A program made the position numbers and the translations under genes. From Nitrospirota bacterium (GTDB lineage Bacteria; Nitrospirota; Thermodesulfovibrionia; Thermodesulfovibrionales; UBA9159): a stretch of DNA of 64,000 bases. Shown here piece after piece: positions 1 to 9,077 of this stretch. The notes beneath the pieces were generated by a model, which saw only the letters and a program-made list of their open reading frames with translations, did not search any database and was not told the origin of the DNA. Each line of letters opens with the position of its first letter. The stretch's first letter is position 1. Location of the stretch: contig CAVOUE010000003.1 in the NCBI GenBank assembly GCA_963699545.1, positions 512,001 to 576,000 of the forward strand. Direction: 5' to 3'.

Positions 1-27
1 CGTGATAAAAGGTAATCAAAGTGAGAG

Positions 28-108
28 GTATCCCGATAAGACCAAACCCTTCATGAGAAGGGGGCGGAAAGTGGCGGGTCTTCAGAGAAGATGGCCGAAC
101 CGCCAAAG
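28..108 (+). ncRNA. GEMM-I riboswitch, probably the c-AMP-GMP (3'3'-cGAMP)-sensing variant
   Basis: Pattern GATAAG-ACCAAACC-CTTC-atga-GAAG-GGGGCGGAAAG..GGGTCTT-cagag-AAGATGGCCG..CGCC matches the GEMM-I P2/P3 architecture. A occupies the position equivalent to G20 of c-di-GMP-I aptamers. Lies in the 5' UTR of the CBS gene. Confidence 0.8.
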
Positions 109-155
109 GCAAGACTTTTGGCGTCAAAAGAAGGAAAAGAAAAGGAGGATGAGGA

Positions 156-593
156 ATGATGGTTACCGTAAAGAAGATACTTGAAGTAAAGAAGAAGGGC
201 TTCTGGACGATCGCACCAGATATGTCTGCTTATGAGGCTCTCCAGATCATGGCTGAGAACGATGTTGGCGCATTGCTCGTCGTCGGCAAAGAGAAGAATC
301 TACTAGGAATCATCACGGAAAGAGACTATTCACGGAAGGTGGTTCTGAAAGGAAGATCTTCCAAGGATACTCCTGTCAGTGAACTCATGACCGAGTCAGT
401 ATATTGCGTAACTCCTGATGATCCGATAGAAAACTGCATGTCTATTATGAACGATAAGCATGTCCGACACTTGCCGGTCTTAGACCGTGGGAAACTGGTG
501 GGCCTTGTGAGTATCCGCGATGTGGTGAATATGATAATCTCCGAAAGGGAAGCTACTATCAGGCATCTTGAGGAGTACATATCAGCAGGATAG
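156..593 (+). CDS. CBS-domain (tandem CBS pair) protein
   Basis: 145 aa with motifs VGALLVV, GIITERDY, HVRHLPV, GLVSIRDVV; GGAGG RBS upstream. Confidence 0.92.
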   Translation: MMVTVKKILEVKKKGFWTIAPDMSAYEALQIMAENDVGALLVVGKEKNLLGIITERDYSRKVVLKGRSSKDTPVSELMTESVYCVTPDDPIENCMSIMNDKHVRHLPVLDRGKLVGLVSIRDVVNMIISEREATIRHLEEYISAG

Positions 594-824
594 GGTAGTG
601 ATCGGCGAAGAGAAGGGAACGGGTTCCTTTTGCCACAGAGCCAATATCATGACGCCAGTATAAGAAGGTAATAGGTACCTTACCCTTCGCTGATGTCGTA
701 GCATCCCCCGCGCCTCTCGCCGTGTACCATGCATAGACTCTTTGACCGGCTCCTTGTCACAATACCCCTTTGAATATCTGGCTGTTACGAGGCGTTTTAT
801 TTTCGGGCTTTTTACCCAGTTTTT

Positions 825-862
825 CTTGACTTACCACCGCCCTCCTTCTATAATTCGCACAT
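825..862 (+). promoter_or_regulatory. sigma70 promoter, copy 1 of a 38-nt direct repeat
   Basis: TTGACT (826-831), 17-nt spacer, TATAAT (849-854); 37/38 identical to 3951-3988. Confidence 0.8.
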
Positions 863-886
863 CATGTGGGATACACATAAGAAGGG

Positions 887-1387
887 ATGCTGAGAGACAT
901 GAAGGCATCTTACCTTAGGACACTGCTGGCGGGGGTTGCGGGCGGGCTGGCAATGAACCTTACGATGCTGGCCACATTCCGGTTTCTAGGGTTCGGAGTG
1001 AATGGAGATGGAATCCTCCTCGATCCATCCCTTCAGAGCAGGAAACTTATTGCCGTGTGGACAGAGCTTGAGCCTCTGCCTCTTGTGGTAAATCACCCCC
1101 TCCCCATCGTTCTCGGGATCACCGTCTTTGGGATTGTGCATGCATATCTCTACCGCTGGCTCTGCCCGTCATGGCCGACGGGCATCGCGAGAAGAGGTCT
1201 TTCCTTCGCCTTGCTTGTCTTCCTGATGACATTTGTTTTCTGGGAGTTCTTCACCCCGTTCAACCAATTCGGTGAGCCCGTAGGCCTGATCGCCCTGGAG
1301 CTCACTTTCTGGGCTCTGATCGCCCTTGCAGACGGCTTCGCAATCGCAGCAATCATGGAACGGGGAGTGGCGAACCATCGGCGCTAG
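887..1387 (+). CDS. hypothetical multi-pass membrane protein
   Basis: 166 aa ORF with about four hydrophobic segments, directly downstream of a consensus promoter. Confidence 0.75.
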   Translation: MLRDMKASYLRTLLAGVAGGLAMNLTMLATFRFLGFGVNGDGILLDPSLQSRKLIAVWTELEPLPLVVNHPLPIVLGITVFGIVHAYLYRWLCPSWPTGIARRGLSFALLVFLMTFVFWEFFTPFNQFGEPVGLIALELTFWALIALADGFAIAAIMERGVANHRR

Positions 1388-1443
1388 GTGACGCGCCGGC
1401 ACTTTTTACAAGAGCTGTCACCGCAAATACAGACTACTGCACT

Positions 1444-2187
1444 TTAGCGAACCAAGCCCTCGTCCCTCTTCCCAAGACTGTCTTCCATCTGCGAAATAAT
1501 ACCGTGAAGCATACGTGCTTCACGCTCCGTGACGGCCGCCTTTGAGATCAGACGCTTCAGGTCCGCCATGATCTCGTTCTCCTCGTCCCTGATCCCCTTA
1601 GGCACATAGCCTGCCATTTTCATTAGATTGCGGAGCCGCTCGAACAGGTTCAATAGCTCTTCGTTGTTAATGGTGGCAGGCGGAGGGTTGATGGCGTGTG
1701 TTGCAAAGGAAATCTCATAGGCAATGATGAGTACCGCCTGGGCAAGGTTGAAAGAAGGATGTTCGGTCGAGGAGGGGATGCTGATCATCAACGCGCATTC
1801 GGCAGCCTCATCATTTGTAAGTCCCCTGTCTTCCCTTCCGAAAAGCAGCGCCACGCGATTATTCTCAGAAAAGCTCCTGATCCTTTCGACAGCCTCTCTC
1901 ACCGGATATGTGAGTCCGCGTTTCTTCCCGGTTCTCCTCGTAGTGCCGATGATCAAAGACTTGTCCTTCAAAGCCGGCTCCAGTTCAGGATGGACCTTAA
2001 CAGTGGAGAGAATGTCCTCTGCGCCGTGGGCAAACCATCCTGCCTCGCGAGAGGGGAAGTTCCTTGGACGGACAAGTTCGAGCATCGAGAAACCGCAGTT
2101 CTTCAGCGACCGCGCCGCCGCCCCGATATTCCCGCTCTCCATCGTATCAATGAGCACGAAGGATATGTTGTCTTTCCATTTGTCCAT
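1444..2187 (-). CDS. trmJ: SPOUT RNA methyltransferase, TrmJ/LasT family
   Basis: GNIGAAARSLKN, LLFGREDRGLTN, SFNLAQAV motifs. Confidence 0.88.
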   Translation of the reverse strand: MDKWKDNISFVLIDTMESGNIGAAARSLKNCGFSMLELVRPRNFPSREAGWFAHGAEDILSTVKVHPELEPALKDKSLIIGTTRRTGKKRGLTYPVREAVERIRSFSENNRVALLFGREDRGLTNDEAAECALMISIPSSTEHPSFNLAQAVLIIAYEISFATHAINPPPATINNEELLNLFERLRNLMKMAGYVPKGIRDEENEIMADLKRLISKAAVTEREARMLHGIISQMEDSLGKRDEGLVR

Positions 2188-2256
2188 GAGGATTGGCCAT
2201 TATTCCATGTGCTTGCAATAATTCTCAAGGGTTATTTCTATGAGACGCCGGACTCG

Positions 2257-2321
2257 AATTCTAGGGACACCCTACTTAGTTATGAAGGCTAGGATGAATT
2301 TCATATTGTGTCCCCGTAATT
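2257..2321. repeat. REP-like imperfect inverted repeat
   Basis: AATTCTAGGGACAC (2257-2270) and GTGTCCCCGTAATT (2308-2321) are near reverse complements; located at the edge of the nuclease island. Confidence 0.5.
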
Positions 2322-2454
2322 AAATCACAAAAAAGAATGTTCGGTGAATAATGAATGAGTGAACAAAATAAATTTACTGATTTCATAAAGGCCGATCGCA
2401 AGGAAGAGGAACGCGAGAAGAAAGACGTACGGCATAGATTGCAAACCGAATTCT

Positions 2455-3222
2455 CTATTCTATAGTATATTGTCCGCTACCTCTGAATCTTAAAATCCTC
2501 TTGTCTCTTAAGACCTGCAGTTGCTGACGAATTTTTTGACGGATATGCTTATTGTCCGGATGCAGCGTTTCAAGATGTTTCTGAAATTTATAAACGTCAT
2601 TTAAGTCAAAATCCTGCTTGTCGAGTTCCCTTACACACTTCAAAACGTCCGCTGTCCATCCCCTTACGTCGAACTTCTTTTCCGACAAGAATCTAAATTT
2701 GTCAAAACGTTGTCGAACATTCTCGGGTCGTATAATCTTTTTTCCTTGGATAATAGGAATTTTTCCATCAACAGGTATTTCTCTTAAGACAATATTGCAT
2801 CCTATCCATCCTGCTCTCCGGGCATTTGCTGATAGAGGTTTACGAGCTTCTATGCAAGAGAGTGTTAAGAAAAAGCGGGGGATAATGAACAAATTTTCTG
2901 CACAGTAATTTAGTGCACTGTAGTGGAGAAGAAACAGGTTAGGTGCTCTATTGCTCTTTATAGAATCAATCATAGGTTCATAAGCAGAATCAAGAATCTT
3001 TCCGCCCAATGGTTTGCTCTGGCTCTTGAGTTGATATTCTTCAGAACAATGCTGGCAGACAAAATCGATAACCTTTGTATTCTCACGCGCCGTTTGCAGG
3101 TTCGGGTTCCTACAGGCAGGGCAAAATAGGTTTCGCGCGGCCCAATCTTCTGTCAGAATTCGCGCTATCTGAGATGGACTTTTATAGTCTCTGCTTTTTT
3201 CTCTATCGAAGCACAAATTCAT
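2455..3222 (-). CDS. DpnI/Dam-replacing-protein family methylation-dependent restriction endonuclease
   Basis: SQIARILTEDW, Zn-binding CPAC..CQHC, YQLKS, RRAGWIGCNI, and C-terminal winged helix HPDNKHIRQKIRQQLQVLRD. Confidence 0.9.
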   Translation of the reverse strand: MNLCFDREKSRDYKSPSQIARILTEDWAARNLFCPACRNPNLQTARENTKVIDFVCQHCSEEYQLKSQSKPLGGKILDSAYEPMIDSIKSNRAPNLFLLHYSALNYCAENLFIIPRFFLTLSCIEARKPLSANARRAGWIGCNIVLREIPVDGKIPIIQGKKIIRPENVRQRFDKFRFLSEKKFDVRGWTADVLKCVRELDKQDFDLNDVYKFQKHLETLHPDNKHIRQKIRQQLQVLRDKRILRFRGSGQYTIE

Positions 3223-3884
3223 TGCACAGATTTATCGATGCTTCTTTTTCGGTCCAGCTTGCTTAACGATTTGGTAGTAATTCCGAAGACTAGTATCGGA
3301 CAGCCGCCGCTAAACCCCATTTGCAACTTTGGTAACAGTTGAGCCATATGCGATTTAGTAGCATCATATTTTTGAATGTACTTTCTTTTTTCCCCATCCT
3401 TGTCAAAATACTCCCCAAATGACGGAAACCAGGGATCCAGTTCATTGCTTCTTGTAACCAGAATGCCCACGCTTATTTTGTCGTATTCAAAAAAGGCCCT
3501 GAAGGCATAAAGATCCCTGTCAAATGTCTGATCCTTGCTATTCCATTCTAGGTCAAAGGCCACTCTGTTCTTGATGAAATCAACCTTGTGCGTATCATGA
3601 GATACTTCACTTTCGTCAACGATTATCTTTGCCGTCAAGGATCGCTCTTTCCACTCTAAGCCTCTTAATAACTTCGAGAACTTCTTCGGGATTTTGCTTT
3701 CATTCCCACCGGCTTCTTTTATGTCTGCTATAGTGAGCCGGAATTTTAGGAGCGCATTGCATATTTCTTTAAACTCACCGGGGAACTCGTTCGAGAGTAT
3801 TGCAGCAGCGTGCTTGAAGTCATAGACTTCGTAAAGTTCTTTAATCCTGGCCGGGATGTAGTCTTTCCAAACCATGCCGGTCAT
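3219..3884 (-). CDS. BglII/BstYI-family restriction endonuclease
   Basis: THKVDFIKNRVAFDLEWNSKDQTFDRDL PD-(D/E)XK-type core and GGCPILVFGIT; overlaps the DpnI-like gene by 4 nt. Confidence 0.85.
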   Translation of the reverse strand: MTGMVWKDYIPARIKELYEVYDFKHAAAILSNEFPGEFKEICNALLKFRLTIADIKEAGGNESKIPKKFSKLLRGLEWKERSLTAKIIVDESEVSHDTHKVDFIKNRVAFDLEWNSKDQTFDRDLYAFRAFFEYDKISVGILVTRSNELDPWFPSFGEYFDKDGEKRKYIQKYDATKSHMAQLLPKLQMGFSGGCPILVFGITTKSLSKLDRKRSIDKSVQ

Positions 3885-3950
3885 TATAGCAAAGGAGTAC
3901 GTGAAAGATCTCCCATAGAATCGGGGTAAAGGTGATTATCCCCCATTTCC

Positions 3951-3988
3951 CTTGACTTACCACCCCCCTCCTTCTATAATTCGCACAT
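3951..3988 (+). promoter_or_regulatory. sigma70 promoter, copy 2 of the 38-nt repeat; probable leaderless start
   Basis: TTGACT (3952-3957), 17-nt spacer, TATAAT (3975-3980), ATG at 3987 with no RBS. Confidence 0.8.
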
Positions 3989-4889
3989 GGAAAATCAGAA
4001 CATTAAAATACTGATCACATCACGTGGTCCGGTTGAGTACCTCGATACGGGGAATGGAGAGGTTGTACTCTGTCTGCACGGGGCCATGGGGGGATATGAC
4101 CAAGCACAACTTCTTGCACGCACGATCGGCGAATCAAACTACCGCTATCTGTCACTCTCCCGTCCGGGGTATCTCGGAACCCCCCTCACCGCCGGCAGAA
4201 CGCCCGAGGAACAGGCGGATCTTTACGCCGAGTTCATCGATCTTCTCGGTATCAGGCAAGTGATCGTATTTGCCATCTCCGGAGGCGGCCCAAGCGCGAT
4301 CCACTTTGCCCTTCGACATCGTGGCAAGTGCCGCGGGGTGGTGCTGATCTCCACCCTTGGCGGCAGGGCAAAGAACAAGCTACCTCTCTTTTTTCATATC
4401 ATGACACTTCTGGCCAGATGGCCGGCCTTTGTGACGATGCTAAAGAAAAAGACCGAATCGAATCTGAAACAGAACCTGGGTCGTTCCATATCCGATCCCG
4501 CCATTTTGGAACGTACGCTCAGGGATACCGAGGTGATGGCCCTATACAAAGAGTTGACGGTTGGATGCTTGTACAGGATGGCAGAACGAATAGAGGGAAC
4601 AAAAAATGATATAAGAATAACTCAAACAAGAACTTACCCCCTGAAGGATATAGCCGTCCCGACGCTGGTGATTCACGGCACGAAAGACCCTCTAGTCCCA
4701 TTTGAGGAGCATGGCAAGCGACTTGCCACAGAAATTCCGGGAGCACAGTTGCTTGCGGCAGAAGGTGGCGAGCATGTCACCATCTTTACGCATCGCAGGG
4801 AGATTCGCTCAAGAGTTTCCGCATTTCTTCAAGAGTTAAATTTGAGTTCCCCGCGCTCATCAAACGCAGTGTCGGCGCAAAGAAACTAG
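3987..4889 (+). CDS. alpha/beta hydrolase
   Basis: LHGAMGG, RPGY, AISGGG nucleophile elbow, IHGTKDPLVP, GGEH. Confidence 0.9.
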   Translation: MENQNIKILITSRGPVEYLDTGNGEVVLCLHGAMGGYDQAQLLARTIGESNYRYLSLSRPGYLGTPLTAGRTPEEQADLYAEFIDLLGIRQVIVFAISGGGPSAIHFALRHRGKCRGVVLISTLGGRAKNKLPLFFHIMTLLARWPAFVTMLKKKTESNLKQNLGRSISDPAILERTLRDTEVMALYKELTVGCLYRMAERIEGTKNDIRITQTRTYPLKDIAVPTLVIHGTKDPLVPFEEHGKRLATEIPGAQLLAAEGGEHVTIFTHRREIRSRVSAFLQELNLSSPRSSNAVSAQRN

Positions 4890-4895
4890 GTCATC

Positions 4896-5261
4896 GTGCT
4901 TTCAAGATTATTCGCTGATATAATCCTGTTCCTTCATTTTGCCTTTGTTGTTTTTGCAATATTCGGCGGGTTGATCGTTCTCTATAAACGGCGCGTGGCC
5001 TGGCTTCACGTGCCGGTGGTGCTGTGGTCATCGGTGATCAACCTGGCCAACTGGATCTGTCCCCTTACGCCGCTTGAAAACATGTTTCGTTCTGCAGCCG
5101 GACAGGCAGGGTATGAAGGCGGATTTGTGGAGCATTATATCATGCCGTTGGTTTATCCCGGCGGCATGCCCCGGGAACTGGAGATAGTTGCCGGAGTCTC
5201 GATCCTCATCTGGAACGGCTTTATGTACACCTACATTGCAATTTGGGCCCGGCGTCGTTAA
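4896..5261 (+). CDS. DUF2784-family membrane protein
   Basis: HFAFVVF..GG, WICPLTPLEN, GYEGGFVEHYI motifs. Confidence 0.85.
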   Translation: MLSRLFADIILFLHFAFVVFAIFGGLIVLYKRRVAWLHVPVVLWSSVINLANWICPLTPLENMFRSAAGQAGYEGGFVEHYIMPLVYPGGMPRELEIVAGVSILIWNGFMYTYIAIWARRR

Positions 5262-5264
5262 AGA

Positions 5265-5298
5265 AAAGGGGCGGTCGGGAAAATCCCGACTGCCCCTT
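5265..5298. terminator. intrinsic terminator hairpin between convergent genes
   Basis: AAGGGGCGGTCGGGA-aaa-TCCCGACTGCCCCTT; the A-run on the left gives a U-tail for groL. Confidence 0.8.
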
Positions 5299-5325
5299 GG
5301 ATGAATCGCTTGTGAGAAACTTCTC

Positions 5326-6965
5326 TTAGTACATCCCTCCCATGCCGCCGCCGCCCGGCATCGGAGGCATCTTCTTTTCCTCTTCAGGAAGGTCCGCGAT
5401 CATCACGGAGGTGGTGAGCATAAGGGATGCGACCGAAGCTGCGTTCTGGAGCGCGGTTCTGGTGACCTTTGTGGGGTCGATGATGCCCTGCCTTTATCAT
5501 GTCCACATACTCTTCGCTCTGCGCGTCAAAGCCGTAGTTTGCATCCTTTGAGCCCTTCACCTTTTCGACGACCACCGAGCCCTCTACTCCGGCGTTGTTG
5601 ACGATCTGCCGGATCGGCTCTTCGAGGGCCTTCATTACAATCGCCACTCCCATCTTCTGGTCGTGGTTGTCGAGTTTCATGTCCTTTCAGTGCAGAGATG
5701 CACCTGAGCAGGGCAACTCCGCCGCCGGGCACGATCCCCTCTTCCACTGCCGCCCTTGTGGCATGGAGGGCATCTTCAACCCTGGCCTTCTTCTCCTTCA
5801 TTTCCGTCTCTGTTGCTGCGCCGACGTTGATCACTGCAACGCCGCCGACTATCTTTGCAAGGCGCTCCTGGAGTTTTTCGCGGTCATAGTCAGAGGTGGT
5901 CTCTTCGATCTGGGCCTTTATCTGTTTCACCCTGCCCTGGATCTTTGCTGGATCGCCCGCACCTTCGACGATGGTGGTGTTTTCCTTGTCAACGGTTATC
6001 TTCTTTGCCCTTCCGAGGTCGGAGATCTTGACGCTCTCGAGCTTGATGCCGAGGTCCTCGGATATCATTGTGCCGCCGGTGAGGATCGCGATGTCTTCAA
6101 GCATCGCCTTCCTCCTGTCGCCGAATCCGGGCGCCTTCACTGCGCAGACCTGGATGGTGCCGCGCAAGCTTGTTCACGACGAGGGTTGCAAGGGCCTCGC
6201 CTTCAACTTCCTCTGCGATGATGATGAGGGGTTTGCCCATCTTCGCGGTTTGCTCGAGGATGGGCAGGAGGTCTTTCATGCTGGATATCTTCTTCTCGTT
6301 GATGAGGATGTAGACGTCTTCGAGATTGCATTCCATCCTGTCGGGGTCCGTAATGAAGTAGGGGGATATATATCCGCGGTCGAACTGCATCCCTTCTACA
6401 ACGTCCAGGGTGGTTGCCATGCTCTTTGCCTCTTCGACGGTAATGACGCCGTCTTTTCCGACTTTGTCCATCGCCTCTGCGATGAGCTCCCCGATGGATG
6501 GGATCATTATTTGCAGAGATGGTTCCGACCTGTGCTATCTCTTTCTTGTCCCGCACCGGCTTGCTGATCTTTTTCAGTTCCTCGATGACCACCTCAACTG
6601 CCTTCTCGATGCCTCTCTTGAGGTCCATGGGGTTTGCCGCCTGCTACCACATTCTTGATCCCCTCGCGGTAAATCGCATGGGCAAGGACGGTTGCTGTCG
6701 TTGTCCCGTCGCCTGCCACGTCCGAGGTCTTGGATGCAACCTCTCTCACGAGCTGTGCGCCCATGTTTTCCCACGGGTCCTTCAGCTCTATCTCCTTTGC
6801 AACGGTGACACCGTCTTTTGTAATGGTGGGTGCGCCGTATTTCTTGTCCAGGATGGCGTTCCTTCCCTTTGGTCCGAGCGTCGCCTTCACCGCTTTGGTC
6901 AGGAGGGTGACGCCGCTTAATATCGCTCTCTGTGCTTCTTCATCGAATAGAAGTTGTTTCGCCAT
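5326..6965 (-). CDS. groL: chaperonin GroEL (several apparent sequencing frameshifts)
   Basis: [34 protein letters not shown] and a GGM-rich C-terminus spread across several frames. Confidence 0.95.
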
Positions 6966-6992
6966 TGTTATCCTCCTTGAGGTCTTAAGACT

Positions 6993-7283
6993 TTATTTCT
7001 CCACGATTCCTAAGATATCTTCTTCCCTGATGATCAGGTATTCAACATCGTCCATGGTCACCTTTGAGCCGGAATACTTGTCGAAAAGCACGGTATCTCC
7101 GACCTTTACCGAAATGGGCTGGAGCTTCCGTCATCTGTGATCCTGCCGGCACCCACTGCCACGATCTCACCTTTCTGCGGCTTCTCCTTTGCCGAATCCG
7201 GGATGTAAAGACCGCCCGGCTGTTCTTTCGGCCTCTTCGGAGTATTTTACGAATACCCTGTCTCTCAACGGTTTGAACTTCAT
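6993..7283 (-). CDS. groS: co-chaperonin GroES (frameshifted)
   Basis: [47 protein letters not shown] read manually on the minus strand. Confidence 0.92.
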
Positions 7284-7317
7284 ATACATGTCTCCTTTCT
7301 TTTAATAAGATTTATTG

Positions 7318-7346
7318 TTAGCACTCGACAGCTGAGTGAGTGCTAA
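7318..7346. promoter_or_regulatory. CIRCE (HrcA operator) upstream of groES
   Basis: Perfect arms TTAGCACTC and GAGTGCTAA; the spacer reads 11 nt instead of the canonical 9. Confidence 0.85.
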
Positions 7347-7452
7347 TATAATAGTTTATTGTATGTTTAAGGCAAGGTCGCTATATGGCAGAAATTGAGG
7401 GAAAACGGCGAATAATTGATGATTTATTCTATTATTCTCTAATTATCTAAAA

Positions 7453-8390
7453 TTATTGATCCAGTTCTTTTTTTCTCTTCTCGATGAAGTTGTTTATCGC
7501 CTCGTTATAGAAGTCACCCGTTCTTCTGACTTCCGCCGAGTACCCTGTTTTCATAGAGCTTAAGCCCCTCTTTCAGCTCCGACGCGAATGTGGTGTGGAA
7601 TGCATCTTTTCTTATGGCTTCGTCCACCTTTGCCTTGCTGTATAGATATATATCGGAAAGTATGGTCCTGGCCAGTCTCTTTGCCTTTTCGACCAGGTCA
7701 CCTGCCCCTGAAGGCTGCGGCTGGAACGGAGGTTGCGTGGGTTTTTCTTCTTCTGCTGGTATTCTCTGTTCAGTCCTTCCCCCGGTTTGAGGCATTTCCC
7801 TGCTCTTTGCCGCCTCCTCAAGGGGTTTATCGGCCTCCGGGGAAGGGGCCGGGTTCCTTCAGGGCGTGTATCTTCCCGATGAGCAGCGTCTCTATCTCGT
7901 GAGCCTCTAGGTAGTCGTCCGCACCATGGAAAGATTCGGGTTGCCTCCGGTACTTGTTCTTATCGTAGATCGAGGCGATAAGGATCACCTTCATCTCCTT
8001 GGTCTCGGTCCTGCCCTTTAATCTCCTGCATACCTCAAAGCCGTAGATCTTCGGTATTGAAACGCCCAGGACCGCAAGAAAGGGCAACTCTTTTGTTGCA
8101 TTCACCATGGCTGCTATGCCGTCCGGAGCGGTGATGACGTTGTAACCATCGGCAGTGAGGATCGTCTTCAATTTTTCAAGAACCGCAGGGTCTTCGTGGG
8201 AGGCAAGCATTTTGTGTTGATCCAGGGGTCTAAGCCTGGGTACCGGTCTCTTTACAAGAAGCACGGTGCTGCATTTGGGACATTTAAAGCGTGTGCCCTG
8301 AGGCGCTATCTTTTCATCAGCCACCTTCAGCTTCACCTTACAGCTTGGACATATTACTACCACTCCGACATCCTCCTTTTCGGCAGCCAC
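7453..8390 (-). CDS. MJ0042-type zinc-finger plus response-regulator receiver protein (frameshifted)
   Basis: CPSC..FKCPKC finger, REC-like domain, C-terminal AKRLARTILSDIYLY domain in another frame, stop at 7453. Confidence 0.75.
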
Positions 8391-9032
8391 AGTTTAATGG
8401 TTATCAGGCCAAAGAGAAAACCGCCTATATGAGCAAACCAGGCAACGCCGCCATGGCCCACCAGTCCCGTAGTGATCATGCCGCTGGCAACCTGTATAAT
8501 AGCCCAAAACCCGATAACAATCAAGGCAGGCACCCTTATCATCTGCCAGAAAAATCCCAGTAAAACGTATCGTATGAACGCGGGCCTGGGGGAAAAGCAG
8601 GAGATAGCCGCCAAGGACACCTGATATGGCGCCGCTTGCCCCGATCATCGGGATGCGGGAAGCAGAGTCGGTCAGCGCATGTGCATAGGCCGCGACTAGA
8701 CCGCGGCAAGATAAAAGAGCATGAAACCTGAAATGTCCGAGTCTGTCTTCTATGTTGTTGCCGAAGATCCAGAGATAGAGCATATTGCCCCCGAGATGAA
8801 AGAGACCGCCGTGAAGGAACATGGAGGAGAAGACGGTGACAACGGGATGAATCGGCTGGGTCTTCTCGAAGGTCAGCAGGTTATGGGGGATCGCACCGTA
8901 ATGGTAGACTATGTCCTGTTCTCCTGGGGGAGAGAAAAGCCCCCAGAGATAGAAGGCAGCATTCAGGACTATTATCCCGATCGTGACAAAAGGGAAGATG
9001 GTGGTGGGATTGTCATCCTTGTACGGGATCAA
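8357..9032 (-). CDS. rhomboid intramembrane serine protease (frameshifted)
   Basis: MFLHGG..HLGGNML, GASGAISG, and AWFAHIGGF in a second frame. Confidence 0.9.
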
Positions 9033-9077
9033 GCGTCCTCACCCCGTAAAGCTCGCAGCTTCTCCTTCTCCTTCTTC

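Noticed and set aside
612-690. Two short palindromes after the CBS gene as a REP or ncRNA element
   Set aside because: Short and imperfect; could simply be terminators, and no further copies were seen
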